Source: an uncultured virus (IMG/VR IMGVR_UViG_2757320830_000006) (Duplodnaviria; Heunggongvirae; Uroviricota; Caudoviricetes). Taken from it: 64,000 nt of DNA. Below are positions 9,693 to 19,500 of this stretch, in pieces. Made by a program: the position numbers and the translations under genes. Position 1 is the stretch's first letter. Every line of letters begins with the position of its first letter. Where the stretch lies: IMG/VR virus record IMGVR_UViG_2757320830_000006; one strand, 5' to 3'. The notes under the pieces are model-generated. The model was not told the DNA's origin and did not search any database. It saw only the letters and a program-made list of their open reading frames with translations.

Positions 9693-9921
9693 TCATTTTT
9701 CCCGCTTGCAATACAGCGTTATATCACCCTTATAGCCTTCAAACACATCGACGCGCGTTATATTGTACAAAATGCCCTTGTATCTTATAACGTGCGCCGT
9801 TGTTATATCATCCCGGTAGCCGATTTGAAACAGTACGTTTTCCGTCACGTTGACGCGGGCAGCAGCAAAGACTTCATCACCGGATAGCTGCCGGAAATAG
9901 GCCCACACGGTAGCAACGGGG
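9693..9921 (-). pseudogene. Phage head-closure/adaptor, 3' fragment from an unrelated element
   Basis: '[16 protein letters not shown]...FQIGYRDDITT...IRYKGILYNITRVD' is a typical SPP1 gp16-like pattern; no proper 5' end. Confidence 0.75.
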
Positions 9922-10545
9922 ACAAGCTGCGACGCACAGGTCAAACACTACACGGAATACATTCAGAAGAATCCGGAATGGGAGTTCGCAGGCATCTACG
10001 CCGACGACGGCATCTCCGGCACGAACACCAAGAAGCGGAATGAATTCAACCGGATGATTGACGACTGCATGGCCGGGAACATCGACATGATTATCACAAA
10101 ATCCATCAGCCGGTTTGCCCGAAACACGCTGGACTGCCTGAAATACATCCGGCAGCTCAAGGGCAAGAACATCCCGGTCTACTTTGAAAAGGAATCCATC
10201 AATACATTGGATGCAAAAGGTGAAGTCTTGCTGACAATCATGGCCAGCCTTGCCCAGCAGGAAAGCCAGAGCCTTTCGCAAAACGTAAAACTCGGCCTGC
10301 AGTACCGCTACCAGCAGGGAAAAGTGCAGGTCAATCACAACCGATTTCTCGGTTATACCAAAGACGAGAACGGCCATCTCATCATTGACCTGGAACAGGC
10401 AGAGATTGTAAAGAGAATTTACCGCGAATACCTTGAAGGCTCCAGCATGGGCAGGATTGCCGCTGGACTTGAAAAAGATGGCATCCTCACCGGAGCCGGA
10501 AATACGAAATGGCACACCAGTACCATCAACAAAATTCTCCGCAAC
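9922..10545 (+). pseudogene. Large serine recombinase, internal fragment
   Basis: '[29 protein letters not shown]...KSISRFARN...[11 protein letters not shown]...[12 protein letters not shown]'; lacks the YxRVST N-terminus and everything after ILRN. Confidence 0.9.
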
Positions 10546-10767
10546 CTAAGCCTCTCGATTTTGATACAATGTAACGATAGCGGATATGTGAAAAAGTCTG
10601 AGAAATACAGCGCTTTCAGCGTTTTTGACAGGTGGCGGCGTTCAGTAGATGTGCTTCTGAACAGCCGCTCTTTTTATGCCCGGAGAGCCAAAAAAGCAAA
10701 ATGCACCCACAATCATACGATAGCCTTTTATCGTGTGATTGTGGGTTTATCGTGTAATGATATGCAA

Positions 10768-10825
10768 CTGAAAAAGCCGGATACCGTCAGCTAATTATTC
10801 AGCATCAGGAACCCGGCTTTTTCAG
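10768..10825 (-). terminator. Terminator downstream of the sigma-like gene
   Basis: CTGAAAAAGCCGG ... CCGGCTTTTTCAG inverted repeat. Confidence 0.65.
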
Positions 10826-10848
10826 CACAGATTATCTCGTATTAAGGA

Positions 10849-11508
10849 TTAACCGAACAGAAACTCCTTCGTCAAACGTTCGGCTTCTTTGAACAGGTCA
10901 TATCCCTGCGTTTTCTGGACACCGATCATCTCGAAGATTTCCGCCTTACTATACCCGGCGTAACCGAGGGTGACGATACGTGCGAGCTTCGGATTCTTTT
11001 TTTCAAGTTCGTTGATCAGGTCTTCCAGAAGCATTTCGACCTTATAATCGTCATCGGCATGGGACTCGGTGCCTGCCGCATATTCCATTTTCTCAAGCTG
11101 ACTCCAATACACCATGCTGCGATCTTCCTTCTCGTAAATGTTACGGAACGGGCAATTCGCACAGCATTCGTGATTATCGCCCTTCTTTTTAGGGCAGGGT
11201 TTCTTGCTGCCGTCAGGCTGTGGTACAAGGCAGCGGCTGTGGCGATTGGAACCGAGCTTTTCATCAAGCAATTCGTTTACTTCGGCGTTGAAGATAGACC
11301 ATGCCTGTTTCTCCTGATTTTTCGGTACCGGAACAAACATCACCAGATAGCGGATTCCACTCTTTTCCCATGTTCTCAGATTCGTCATGTTGGCTCCGAG
11401 ACCTGCTGCGTACTCCTTGTTCACCAGCTGCGGGACGAGAACCTCGTCTGCCTGCAGCGGTGCATCGTTATAAGATTTCCAGTTCTTCTGATTGCCTTTG
11501 ATTGCCAT
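10849..11508 (-). CDS. Sigma-70 region-4-like transcription factor with Cys-rich segment
   Basis: C-terminal HTH-like 'LARIVTLGYAGYSKAEIFEMIGVQKTQGYD'; central 'RC...PCP...CCANCP'; AAGGAG RBS. Confidence 0.65.
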   Translation of the reverse strand: MAIKGNQKNWKSYNDAPLQADEVLVPQLVNKEYAAGLGANMTNLRTWEKSGIRYLVMFVPVPKNQEKQAWSIFNAEVNELLDEKLGSNRHSRCLVPQPDGSKKPCPKKKGDNHECCANCPFRNIYEKEDRSMVYWSQLEKMEYAAGTESHADDDYKVEMLLEDLINELEKKNPKLARIVTLGYAGYSKAEIFEMIGVQKTQGYDLFKEAERLTKEFLFG

Positions 11509-11782
11509 ATAAGCTTTCTCCTTTCGGCTTTCAAACCGAGGCGGAGACCGCTCATATGGCTGCCAGTATTGTTAGACATCGTTGGTCACCTCTTGCGGAT
11601 TGCTCCGCCTCATTTCGGTGACCAGCCGTTCGTAAGCTGGCACTCTATTCACTTGTCTATCCATCACCTGACTACGAACACACCTCGTGGCCACGAAGAA
11701 GGTGAGTCAGATTCTGGAGAACCTTTTAACGTCATGTCCGGGACGTTTACAGGAAATGAATAAACTATTTCATCACTGTAAA
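11509..11782 (-). ncRNA. Candidate structured 5' leader RNA of the sigma-like gene
   Basis: At least seven complementary segment pairs, GNRA-type loops and mutually exclusive pairings (see findings). Confidence 0.5.
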
Positions 11783-11807
11783 ATAATTTGCGATGACAAA
11801 TCTAAGA

Positions 11808-11836
11808 TTGACCATCGTGCTAAACTGTGGTAAAAT
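11808..11836 (+). promoter_or_regulatory. Sigma-A promoter for the defence operon
   Basis: TTGACC-17 nt-TAAAAT with TG extended -10. Confidence 0.7.
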
Positions 11837-11923
11837 TAAATATCATTGGTTTCATGTCGGACGGTTTCTCTCCTTCTTGTATCTTGAGTATACGGGAAAC
11901 GGCATTTTTCACCGCTCCCGAGA

Positions 11924-11953
11924 GTACACGGCTGTACATGACCGTACATGTAC
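11924..11953. repeat. GTACA(C/T)G repeats with 10-bp spacing, putative operator
   Basis: GTACACG-gct-GTACATG-acc-GTACATG-tac. Confidence 0.6.
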
Positions 11954-11974
11954 GCGCGGAAGGAGGTATCTCTG

Positions 11975-13111
11975 TTGGCAGACACTGAATTCAAAATCTT
12001 TGCGAAACTGCTCGCGACAAAGTACCGACGGAACAGAAAAGTCGAGGTTTTTGCCCAAGAGTTATTTGAGAAGATTTACTTGCCGGAATCCGAAGATGAT
12101 CCCGTTGACGAAACCCTGCCTCGAACATACAAGGCCTACTACTACGGTCAAAATGACATAACGGAGCTCGCATCCAAGATTTCCAAGTCTTTGGATCCAG
12201 CAAATTTTGTAGGATATATACAGACGGATTCAGATGACACGATAGAGTATCTCTGCGATTCGTTTAGACCATGGTTCCCGGATATTGATGAGAGCAATTA
12301 CTGCTCTTGCATAGCTACGCGGTTTAAAGACATCATTGACCGTGCGGCAGCTCCAAAAACAAAAGATACTTCCCTTGCGGCTACAAGCGGAGGCGTCCCT
12401 GCCGTTCAGATGGCGACACTGAAAGAAAAATACGGCATAGGCCTTGTCGCCGAAACCGGAAGCGTATGCCCAAATGACGGATGCCAGAAATCTCTGTTTG
12501 GATACAGAGACGGACATACGGAACTCATCTATAACGTTGCAGTCATTAATCCGGATGGCAGTTCAGCCAATGCATCCAATCTGATAGCGCTTTGCCCGGA
12601 ATGTGCGGCCAAGTATGCAGCCCTTAAAACGCCCGACGATATTGCCCGGATGACAAAGATAAAAGAAGCTCTTGTTAATGAGCACGACGATCAGGAGATC
12701 CGAGCGGACCAGCATGTGCAGGAAGGTGTCAGGCGGGTGATAGAAAAGATCCCATTCATCAAGCCGCCAACAGATATTGATCTGAATTACGACCCGGTTC
12801 CAGTCAGACAAAAAATCAGCGATTTCGCGCTGTATCTCCGCATCAAGACAGACGTGAACGTTTACTTCAATGATGCGCATGAGGTGTTTCAGGAAATGGG
12901 CCGTGAAGGAAAGCTGCGATTCAATCCTTTCTGCCAGCAGGTCCGGTACATGTACGTGAGTTTTCGCGATAAGGGATACAGCCAGGATAAGATTTTCTAT
13001 GAAATGACGAAGTGGCTGTACGACGCGACGAATGAAAAATGGCGTGACTGCGAAATCGTCATCGCATATTTCACGCAGAAATGTGAGGCATTTGATGTTA
13101 TTGCCGAATAA
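11975..13111 (+). CDS. ABC-three-component / Lamassu LmuA-like effector (unknown N-domain + degenerate HNH-like domain + CTD)
   Basis: 'CPNDGC...NLIALCPEC' HNH-like Zn motif; C-terminus 'IVIAYFTQKCEAF' typical of ABC-3C CTDs; TTG start after AGGAGG (ATG at 11948 possible). Confidence 0.75.
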   Translation: MADTEFKIFAKLLATKYRRNRKVEVFAQELFEKIYLPESEDDPVDETLPRTYKAYYYGQNDITELASKISKSLDPANFVGYIQTDSDDTIEYLCDSFRPWFPDIDESNYCSCIATRFKDIIDRAAAPKTKDTSLAATSGGVPAVQMATLKEKYGIGLVAETGSVCPNDGCQKSLFGYRDGHTELIYNVAVINPDGSSANASNLIALCPECAAKYAALKTPDDIARMTKIKEALVNEHDDQEIRADQHVQEGVRRVIEKIPFIKPPTDIDLNYDPVPVRQKISDFALYLRIKTDVNVYFNDAHEVFQEMGREGKLRFNPFCQQVRYMYVSFRDKGYSQDKIFYEMTKWLYDATNEKWRDCEIVIAYFTQKCEAFDVIAE

Positions 13112-13322
13112 GCTTTATTCATATAACGAAAGCACGCTTTCCAAATTTCCTGTTGTTCTCCGTGAACTTCGTACGCAGCCGCTGGGCGTGCATGAACTGT
13201 ATCGTCGCGTGATAAAGAAAATGGACGGCGTTAATGAATTTATAGATGTGCTCGACTGCCTGTATGCACTTAGAAAGATTGAGTACGACGAAAATGAGGA
13301 AGTACTGCGCTATGTTGTATGA
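13095..13322 (+). CDS. ABC-three-component middle component (LmuC-like)
   Basis: 75 aa, 'MLLPNKLYSYNES.LSKFP...FIDVLDCLYALRKI'; overlaps both neighbours. Confidence 0.75.
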   Translation: MLLPNKLYSYNESTLSKFPVVLRELRTQPLGVHELYRRVIKKMDGVNEFIDVLDCLYALRKIEYDENEEVLRYVV

Positions 13323-15027
13323 GATAGAATGCGACCAGTTCGCTGAGACAATAAATGGACAGCGTGTCCCGAGAGGAAGAATCAGATTCCGCCCGGGACT
13401 GAATACTGTCCTTGGAGACAGGCAGGGTGAAAACTCCATCGGGAAGTCTACCTTCCTGCTGACTGTTGACTTCTGCTTTGGCGGCAACGATTATCTGGAC
13501 AGCGAGAAAACGAAAAATAACGTGGTCCGCTTCGTTGGCAACCACGTCATTAAATTCGCTTTTAAGTTTGGAGACCGTATCGAGTATTATTCCAGAAATA
13601 CTCTGGACCCTACGCACGTCAGTAAATGTGATGAGAATTATAACGAAATAGGTGATGCGATTTCGCTGGACGATTTCCAGAAGCATCTCTTCACTTCCTA
13701 TCAGATTCAGACGGCACAGTGCAGCTGGCGTAGTCTGGTAGGACGATTTGCAAGAATCTACGGCAGACATAATTACAGCGAGGAGTTTCCGCTGCAGTAT
13801 GGAGGAGAACCTGATGCTGATGCGATTAAGGCGCTGGAGCAAATCTACGGCGTTTATGACCTTGTGAAGGAATATGAAGATTTCTACAAGGCAAAGAACA
13901 AGCGCAAAACCGTCCGAACGAATGCCGCCAACTTGGGAGAAATCGTAACCATCGCAAGGACAAAGAAACAGGTCAAGGCCAACACCAAGGAAGTTGAAGA
14001 ACTCGAGAAGCAGCTTGAGGAACTTCTCAATAAGGAAGACAGATCCCTCGCGGAGAAGGATACCACTCAGCTTGACAAGGCCGCTGAAATCAAAGGACAG
14101 ATTACGGTGCTGAAACGGCGAAGGACAAGGCTTGTGTCGCAGCTGAATGCCGTCAAGGCAAACCTTGAGGAAGGCCTGACGCCAACGTCAGATGATATTC
14201 AGGATCTGCAGGAGTTCTTTCCGAAAGCCAACATAGCCAAACTTGAGACGATTGAGCACTTCCATAAGAAGATGCAGACTATCCTGACGGATGAGATGTC
14301 AGAAGAAGTTCAGCGACTGGAGGCGCTGATTGCGGAATCCACAAAGGAAATGCAGCGCCTCGAAGACGAGCAGCGTCAGCTCGGTGTTCCGACGCATGTA
14401 TCAAAGAAGTTTCTGGATGAGACTGTCCGCCTGCGCAGTCGAATTAACTTCCTAAAGACGCAGAATGAAGGATATGATGAATCACAAAAGCTGGCAGCGG
14501 AAACAAAGGATGCCAAGACTCGTATGGAGGATGTCCGGAAAAATCAGCTCGATAGTGTCCAGGCTATGATCAATCAGGAAATGGTCAGGCTGAATGACTT
14601 TATATACGATGGAAAACAATATGCTCCGGAGATTAAATTCTCTGATGCCAAGAACGGAAACCCGAAATATACATTCGGATGCGACTGGAACTCTGGCACG
14701 GGAGAAAATTACAAGAACCTCATTATTTTTGACCTGAGCGTATTCAAGACCACTGAGCTTCCGTTTATCGTCCATGACTCGCTGATCTTCAAGAACATTG
14801 CGGACCTGCCGATTGATAAGATCATGCAGCTCTATATGAACAGCGGGAAGCAGGTCTTCATATCGTTTGATAAGCACAAGGCATTTACAGATTATACAGC
14901 GAAGACTGTCTACGATACCCGCGTAATTGAGCTTCATGATAACGGAGGAGAACTGTTCGGATGGTCGTGGGCTAAGAAAGCGGAAAACGAATCCGGCGAA
15001 GAGTCGTCAGAAGATGACGAAAAATAA
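13312..15027 (+). CDS. SMC-like ABC ATPase (DUF2326, LmuB-like)
   Basis: Walker A 'NSIGKST', long coiled coil, signature 'SGTGE', Walker B-like 'FIVHDS'. Confidence 0.82.
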   Translation: MLYEIECDQFAETINGQRVPRGRIRFRPGLNTVLGDRQGENSIGKSTFLLTVDFCFGGNDYLDSEKTKNNVVRFVGNHVIKFAFKFGDRIEYYSRNTLDPTHVSKCDENYNEIGDAISLDDFQKHLFTSYQIQTAQCSWRSLVGRFARIYGRHNYSEEFPLQYGGEPDADAIKALEQIYGVYDLVKEYEDFYKAKNKRKTVRTNAANLGEIVTIARTKKQVKANTKEVEELEKQLEELLNKEDRSLAEKDTTQLDKAAEIKGQITVLKRRRTRLVSQLNAVKANLEEGLTPTSDDIQDLQEFFPKANIAKLETIEHFHKKMQTILTDEMSEEVQRLEALIAESTKEMQRLEDEQRQLGVPTHVSKKFLDETVRLRSRINFLKTQNEGYDESQKLAAETKDAKTRMEDVRKNQLDSVQAMINQEMVRLNDFIYDGKQYAPEIKFSDAKNGNPKYTFGCDWNSGTGENYKNLIIFDLSVFKTTELPFIVHDSLIFKNIADLPIDKIMQLYMNSGKQVFISFDKHKAFTDYTAKTVYDTRVIELHDNGGELFGWSWAKKAENESGEESSEDDEK

Positions 15028-15043
15028 ACTGATGGAGAAGCGT

Positions 15044-15337
15044 ATGCATATTAGCTACAGACCCTTATGGGTAATACTTGCAGAACGGGAAATGACAAAA
15101 AAGGATCTGCGTGAATTAAGCGGAATCAGCACAGCTTCCCTTGCGAAGCTGGGCAAAGGCGAAAACCTGACGACCGATGTGCTTCTGAAGATCTGCGAAG
15201 CATTAAACTGCAATATCAATGAGATTGTAGAGACGGTTCCTGATGATGACGACAAGAAGGGAACCAGGAATAAACCGGAGGAAAAGAAGAATGCCGCAAA
15301 GTACAAACAAGGCACTCAAAGAAGCCAGTCCTTATAA
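15044..15337 (+). CDS. Xre/Cro-C1 HTH regulator upstream of BREX
   Basis: 'ISYRPLW...MTKKDL...GISTASLAKLGKGENLTTDVLLKIC'. Confidence 0.88.
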   Translation: MHISYRPLWVILAEREMTKKDLRELSGISTASLAKLGKGENLTTDVLLKICEALNCNINEIVETVPDDDDKKGTRNKPEEKKNAAKYKQGTQRSQSL

Positions 15338-15920
15338 TGCAGCGATAACAAGAGAACAGTTTTTATTTTATGAAATGCGTACCACAGCAAAGCTTGTAAA
15401 CGATGGGCTTGATAAGGATGCTGTGGTTGAACATATTGTGTCAGAGAATCTGTTTCAGTACCCGACGGAGAAATCCGTCCGGAAGATGGCACTTGCCTGC
15501 CTCCGGAGACTGGATGCAATGGAAGACGATACGCTTGTTTCGGCCATCGCGACACAGCCGAGCGATGTGGCAAAGCAGATCTGCCTCTATGCCATGATGC
15601 GGCAGTACCGTCTGGTATGGGACTTCATGCTGACGGTCATCGGCGAGAAATACCAGAAGCTCGACAGCTCCTTTGGCAGAGTGGATCTGAATACATTTTT
15701 CATGCGTCTGCAGGAGCAGGATGACTGGGTGGCAACGTGGAGCGATTCCACCATTACAAAAGTGCGTCAGGTGCTGACGAAAACGCTCGTGGAGAACGAC
15801 TATCTGGACAGCACAAGAGCTGACCACTTGAACCTGGTGCTGATCAGTCCGGTACTTGAAAACGCAATCAGGAACGACGGAATGACGGAGGCGCTGCCTG
15901 CCTTCAACTGCCTGTCGTAG
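15291..15920 (+). CDS. brxA: BREX protein BrxA (DUF1819)
   Basis: 'YNAAITREQFLFYE', 'ENLFQY', 'WSDSTITK'; first gene of the BREX order. Confidence 0.9.
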   Translation: MPQSTNKALKEASPYNAAITREQFLFYEMRTTAKLVNDGLDKDAVVEHIVSENLFQYPTEKSVRKMALACLRRLDAMEDDTLVSAIATQPSDVAKQICLYAMMRQYRLVWDFMLTVIGEKYQKLDSSFGRVDLNTFFMRLQEQDDWVATWSDSTITKVRQVLTKTLVENDYLDSTRADHLNLVLISPVLENAIRNDGMTEALPAFNCLS

Positions 15921-15928
15921 GAGGAACC

Positions 15929-16489
15929 ATGAAAGGAAATATAGACGAGAGGCTGGACAAGGTACGAGAGCTCCTGAAAGACCCGGATTTCTTGGAAGGA
16001 AACGGCCTCAGCAATGAAGTAAATATCCGGATGTTCTGCTATGAAGCAAAAGATGAGATGCGTGTCCGCCACTTTGTGCTGCAGATCCTGACAGACCAGG
16101 CACTGCCGTGTCATCTGAAAGAGAATAATTTATATGAAATCTTTCTTCAGTGCTGTGAAGATAAGCGCATCCTATCCCGTATGGCCGATCAGGAGAAAAA
16201 GCGCGGAAAAGACCAGCTTGAGAAGATGATCGAGAAATCCGTGGGCGTACAGGCATATGTAGATAAGATCTGTGCAGAGCCTCCGGAAAAGGGAGACGTG
16301 CTGCTCCTGACCGGCGTCGGGGATGTGTTCCCGTTTATGCGCATTCATATGCTGCTGGAAGCCCTGCAGCCGAGAGTGGGCGGTGTTCCGATCCTCGTGA
16401 TGTATCCGGGCACCTTCGACGGAAGGCACGTGAAGCTTTTTGACAGACTTAAACCGAACCCTTACTACAGGGCGTTCAATGTGATATAG
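15929..16489 (+). CDS. brxB: BREX protein BrxB (DUF1788)
   Basis: 'GLSNEV', 'LTGVGDVFPFMR.H', 'MYPG.FDG', 'YYRAF'. Confidence 0.92.
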   Translation: MKGNIDERLDKVRELLKDPDFLEGNGLSNEVNIRMFCYEAKDEMRVRHFVLQILTDQALPCHLKENNLYEIFLQCCEDKRILSRMADQEKKRGKDQLEKMIEKSVGVQAYVDKICAEPPEKGDVLLLTGVGDVFPFMRIHMLLEALQPRVGGVPILVMYPGTFDGRHVKLFDRLKPNPYYRAFNVI

Positions 16490-16502
16490 GAGGAACCGCC
16501 AG

Positions 16503-19500
16503 ATGAGAATTCAGGACATGTTTGTCGATGACATCAATCGAAAAATAAACGGTGTCATCAAGGTAGACCAGGAAGATACGACGACCGAGCAGGAGCTCAA
16601 CGAGTACGTCATTACGAGAGAGCTGAAACGGCATTTCATTACGTTTTTCAACTATTATGACGACGCATTCGATGCTCCAACAGCGGATATCGGTGTCTGG
16701 ATTTCCGGCTTCTTTGGAAGTGGTAAATCTCACTTCCTGAAGATGCTCTCCTATATTCTTGAGAACAGAACCATCAACGGCATTCCGACGGTTGAGCGGT
16801 TCCGCAAGAAGTTTGCGGATGATCCTGCGACTTTCATGCTGATTGACAAGGCTGCGAAGGCTCCGACGGAGACGATCCTTTTCAATATCGACATTGAGGG
16901 CTTCAGCAATAAGGACAATACCGCCGTGCTGAAGGTTTTTGCGAAGATGTTCTATAACCATCTCGGCTTCCTTGGCGAAGATTTGAAGGTGGCAAAGCTG
17001 GAGCAGTTCGTCGCGAAACAGGGCAAGACCGAGGAGTTCCGCCGTGTGTTTGAAGAAAAGAACGGCGCTCCGTGGGTGGAGACACGTGAGTCCTTTGGCT
17101 TCTTCGAGGACGATGTTGTAGAGACGCTCGAGGAAGTGCTCGGTATGAGCGAGACAGCTGCCCGCAACTGGTTCAATGGAACGGAAACAGCTGAGATCAG
17201 CATCGCTCAGCTTGTATCAGAGATAAAGGACTATGTGAACAGCAAGCCGAAGAACTTCAGGCTTCTCTTTATGGTTGATGAGGTCGGCCAGTATGTCGGC
17301 ACGGATACAAACCTGCTCCTGAATCTTCAGTCTCTCGTGGAGAAGGTTGGAAGCGAGTGCGGCGGCAAGGTCTGGATTGTCTGCACTGGTCAGGAAGCCA
17401 TCGACGAGATCATCAAAGTCCGCATGGATGAGTTTTCCCGCATTCAGGCAAGATTCAAGACAAGGCTTTCCCTGTCCTCCTCTGCTGTAGATGAAGTCAT
17501 CCAGAAAAGACTCCTCACCAAGAAGCCGGAAGCAAGGACTGTCTTGACAGACCTGTATGAGCGCAACGACTACGTGCTGAAGAACCTGTTCAGCTTCACT
17601 GATTCTGTGCTCGATATTAAAGGGTACAGCGGTCCGGAAGAATTCGTTGTGAACTATCCGTTTGTGCCGTATCAGTTCATTCTGATTCAGAAGATTTTCT
17701 CGGAAATCCGCAAGCACGGCGCAGCCGGAAAACACTACTCCGGGGCAGAGCGCTCGATGCTGGACGGCTTCCAGATCGTGGCGAAATCCATCGAAGACAA
17801 GAACGAGCATGCCATCGCTCCGCTTTATCCTTTCTATGACAGCGTGCATTCCTTCCTCGACGGCTCTATCCGCCGCGTGATCGAGCGCTGCCAGAAGGCC
17901 GCGGATAATCATGACGGCATTGAAGACTATGACGTCAAGGTATTAAAGCTCCTCTACCTCATTCGCTACATCGATGACGTAAAGGCAAACCTTGATAACA
18001 TCGTCATTCTGATGTCGGATGATATCCGGACGGATAAGATCGAGCTCCGGCAGACGGTGCAGAAGTCGCTCGACCGCCTGAAGAGCCAGAACTATATTGA
18101 CCGCCGCGGCGATGCCTATATCTTCCTCACCGATGAGGAGCAGGATATTGCGCGAGACATCGCGAATACATCTGTAGATACCGCCAAGATCGTTGAGCGT
18201 ATCGGGCAGATGATCTTCGGCGATATCTATACACAGAAGAAATACCGGTATGGGAAATACGACTTCCCGTTTGATGAGATGGTGGATTCCACTTCCATCG
18301 GTGCGGTGACTGGTGGCATGACGCTCCGCTTCCTAACAGTAGCTGCGGACGTGACGGACAAGCAGGAACTGCGTCTGATGACGGAATCCAAGGGAGCCGC
18401 CATTGTCGTGCTCGCAGATACGCCATACTACGAGTCTCTGGAAAACGCCATGAAGATTCGCAAGTATGTGAAGCAGCGCAATGTGAATCAGCTGGCGAAA
18501 TCCGTGCAGGACATCATTCGCGACCAGCAGGACGAGGCCGGAAAGTATGAAACCTCCGCCAAGGAAGAACTTGAGAAAGCCATCGCCGGTGCGGAGTTCT
18601 ATGTAGACGGCGAGCATATCGAAATCAAGAGCGGAACGCCGGTTTCCAAGATTGATCAAGCTCTCGAATATCTTGTGGCGCACGTCTACAGCGAGCTCGA
18701 CCTGATTACAAAGAATGCGGAAACGGATGCAGATATCATCGAGATTCTGCGCGGAACCAATCCGGAAATGGCCGGTATGGAGAACAACCGCGATGCTGCT
18801 GCCAAGGTCGAGGAGTACCTCGAAATGCAGTCCATGAAGAAGCTTCCGACCTCGATGGACGACATCCAGACGCGCTATCAGAAGATTCCGTACGGCTGGA
18901 AGGAAATCGACATCGCCGCGGTTGTGGCACTTCTGATTTATCAGCAGAAGGTTACGATTAAATACGGCGGCGCACAGATTCGCCCGGACAATCCGAAGCT
19001 TCCGGATATGCTCCGCAAAAAGACAGAGCGCGGCAAGGCCATGATTTCCATGAAGCAGTCTGCCTCCGCGCAGAAAATGAAAGCCGCAAAAGAGATCATG
19101 CGGGAGTACTTCGACATCATGGACGTGCCAGATGATCAGGATGCTCTCGTTAAGCTGATTCTGGACAAGTTCAAAGATCAGAAGCAGCATTACGAGGAAC
19201 TGAACAGCCGGTATGCGGGCCACAAATACCCGGATCACGACAAGGTAACAGCAGCCATCAAGCTGATGGACGACGTGCTCTCGCAGGAGAAGGACGACAT
19301 CGCGCTGATTGACCGTCTGGTAGCAGACGAAACGAAGCTGTTTGACAGCAAGGACGACATGCAGCCGGTCGAAGCGTTCTTTAAGAACCAGGTTACGGTG
19401 TTTGATTCTGCAGTGAAGATGGAAGCCGATCTCCGGAACGACCTGCCGTATATTCAGAAGGATGAGGAAACCAATGAAGCGCTGAACCAGATCCGGAAGA

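Larger units (their letters stand above)
2909..10545 (+). mobile_element. Defective tail-less prophage-like remnant (element 1)
   Basis: Truncated portal, ClpP, capsid, connector, adaptor, holin, endolysin stub, SHOCT-like ORF and broken serine recombinases; most are paralogous to the intact genes at 46-64 kb. Confidence 0.85.

Noticed and set aside
10546..10794. C-terminal part of ORF 10054-10794 as recombinase sequence
   Set aside because: Read-through into non-homologous junction DNA after ILRN
11715..11750. Pistol-like ribozyme in the leader
   Set aside because: The hairpin followed by UUAAA is superficially similar, but the remaining pistol elements are not evident
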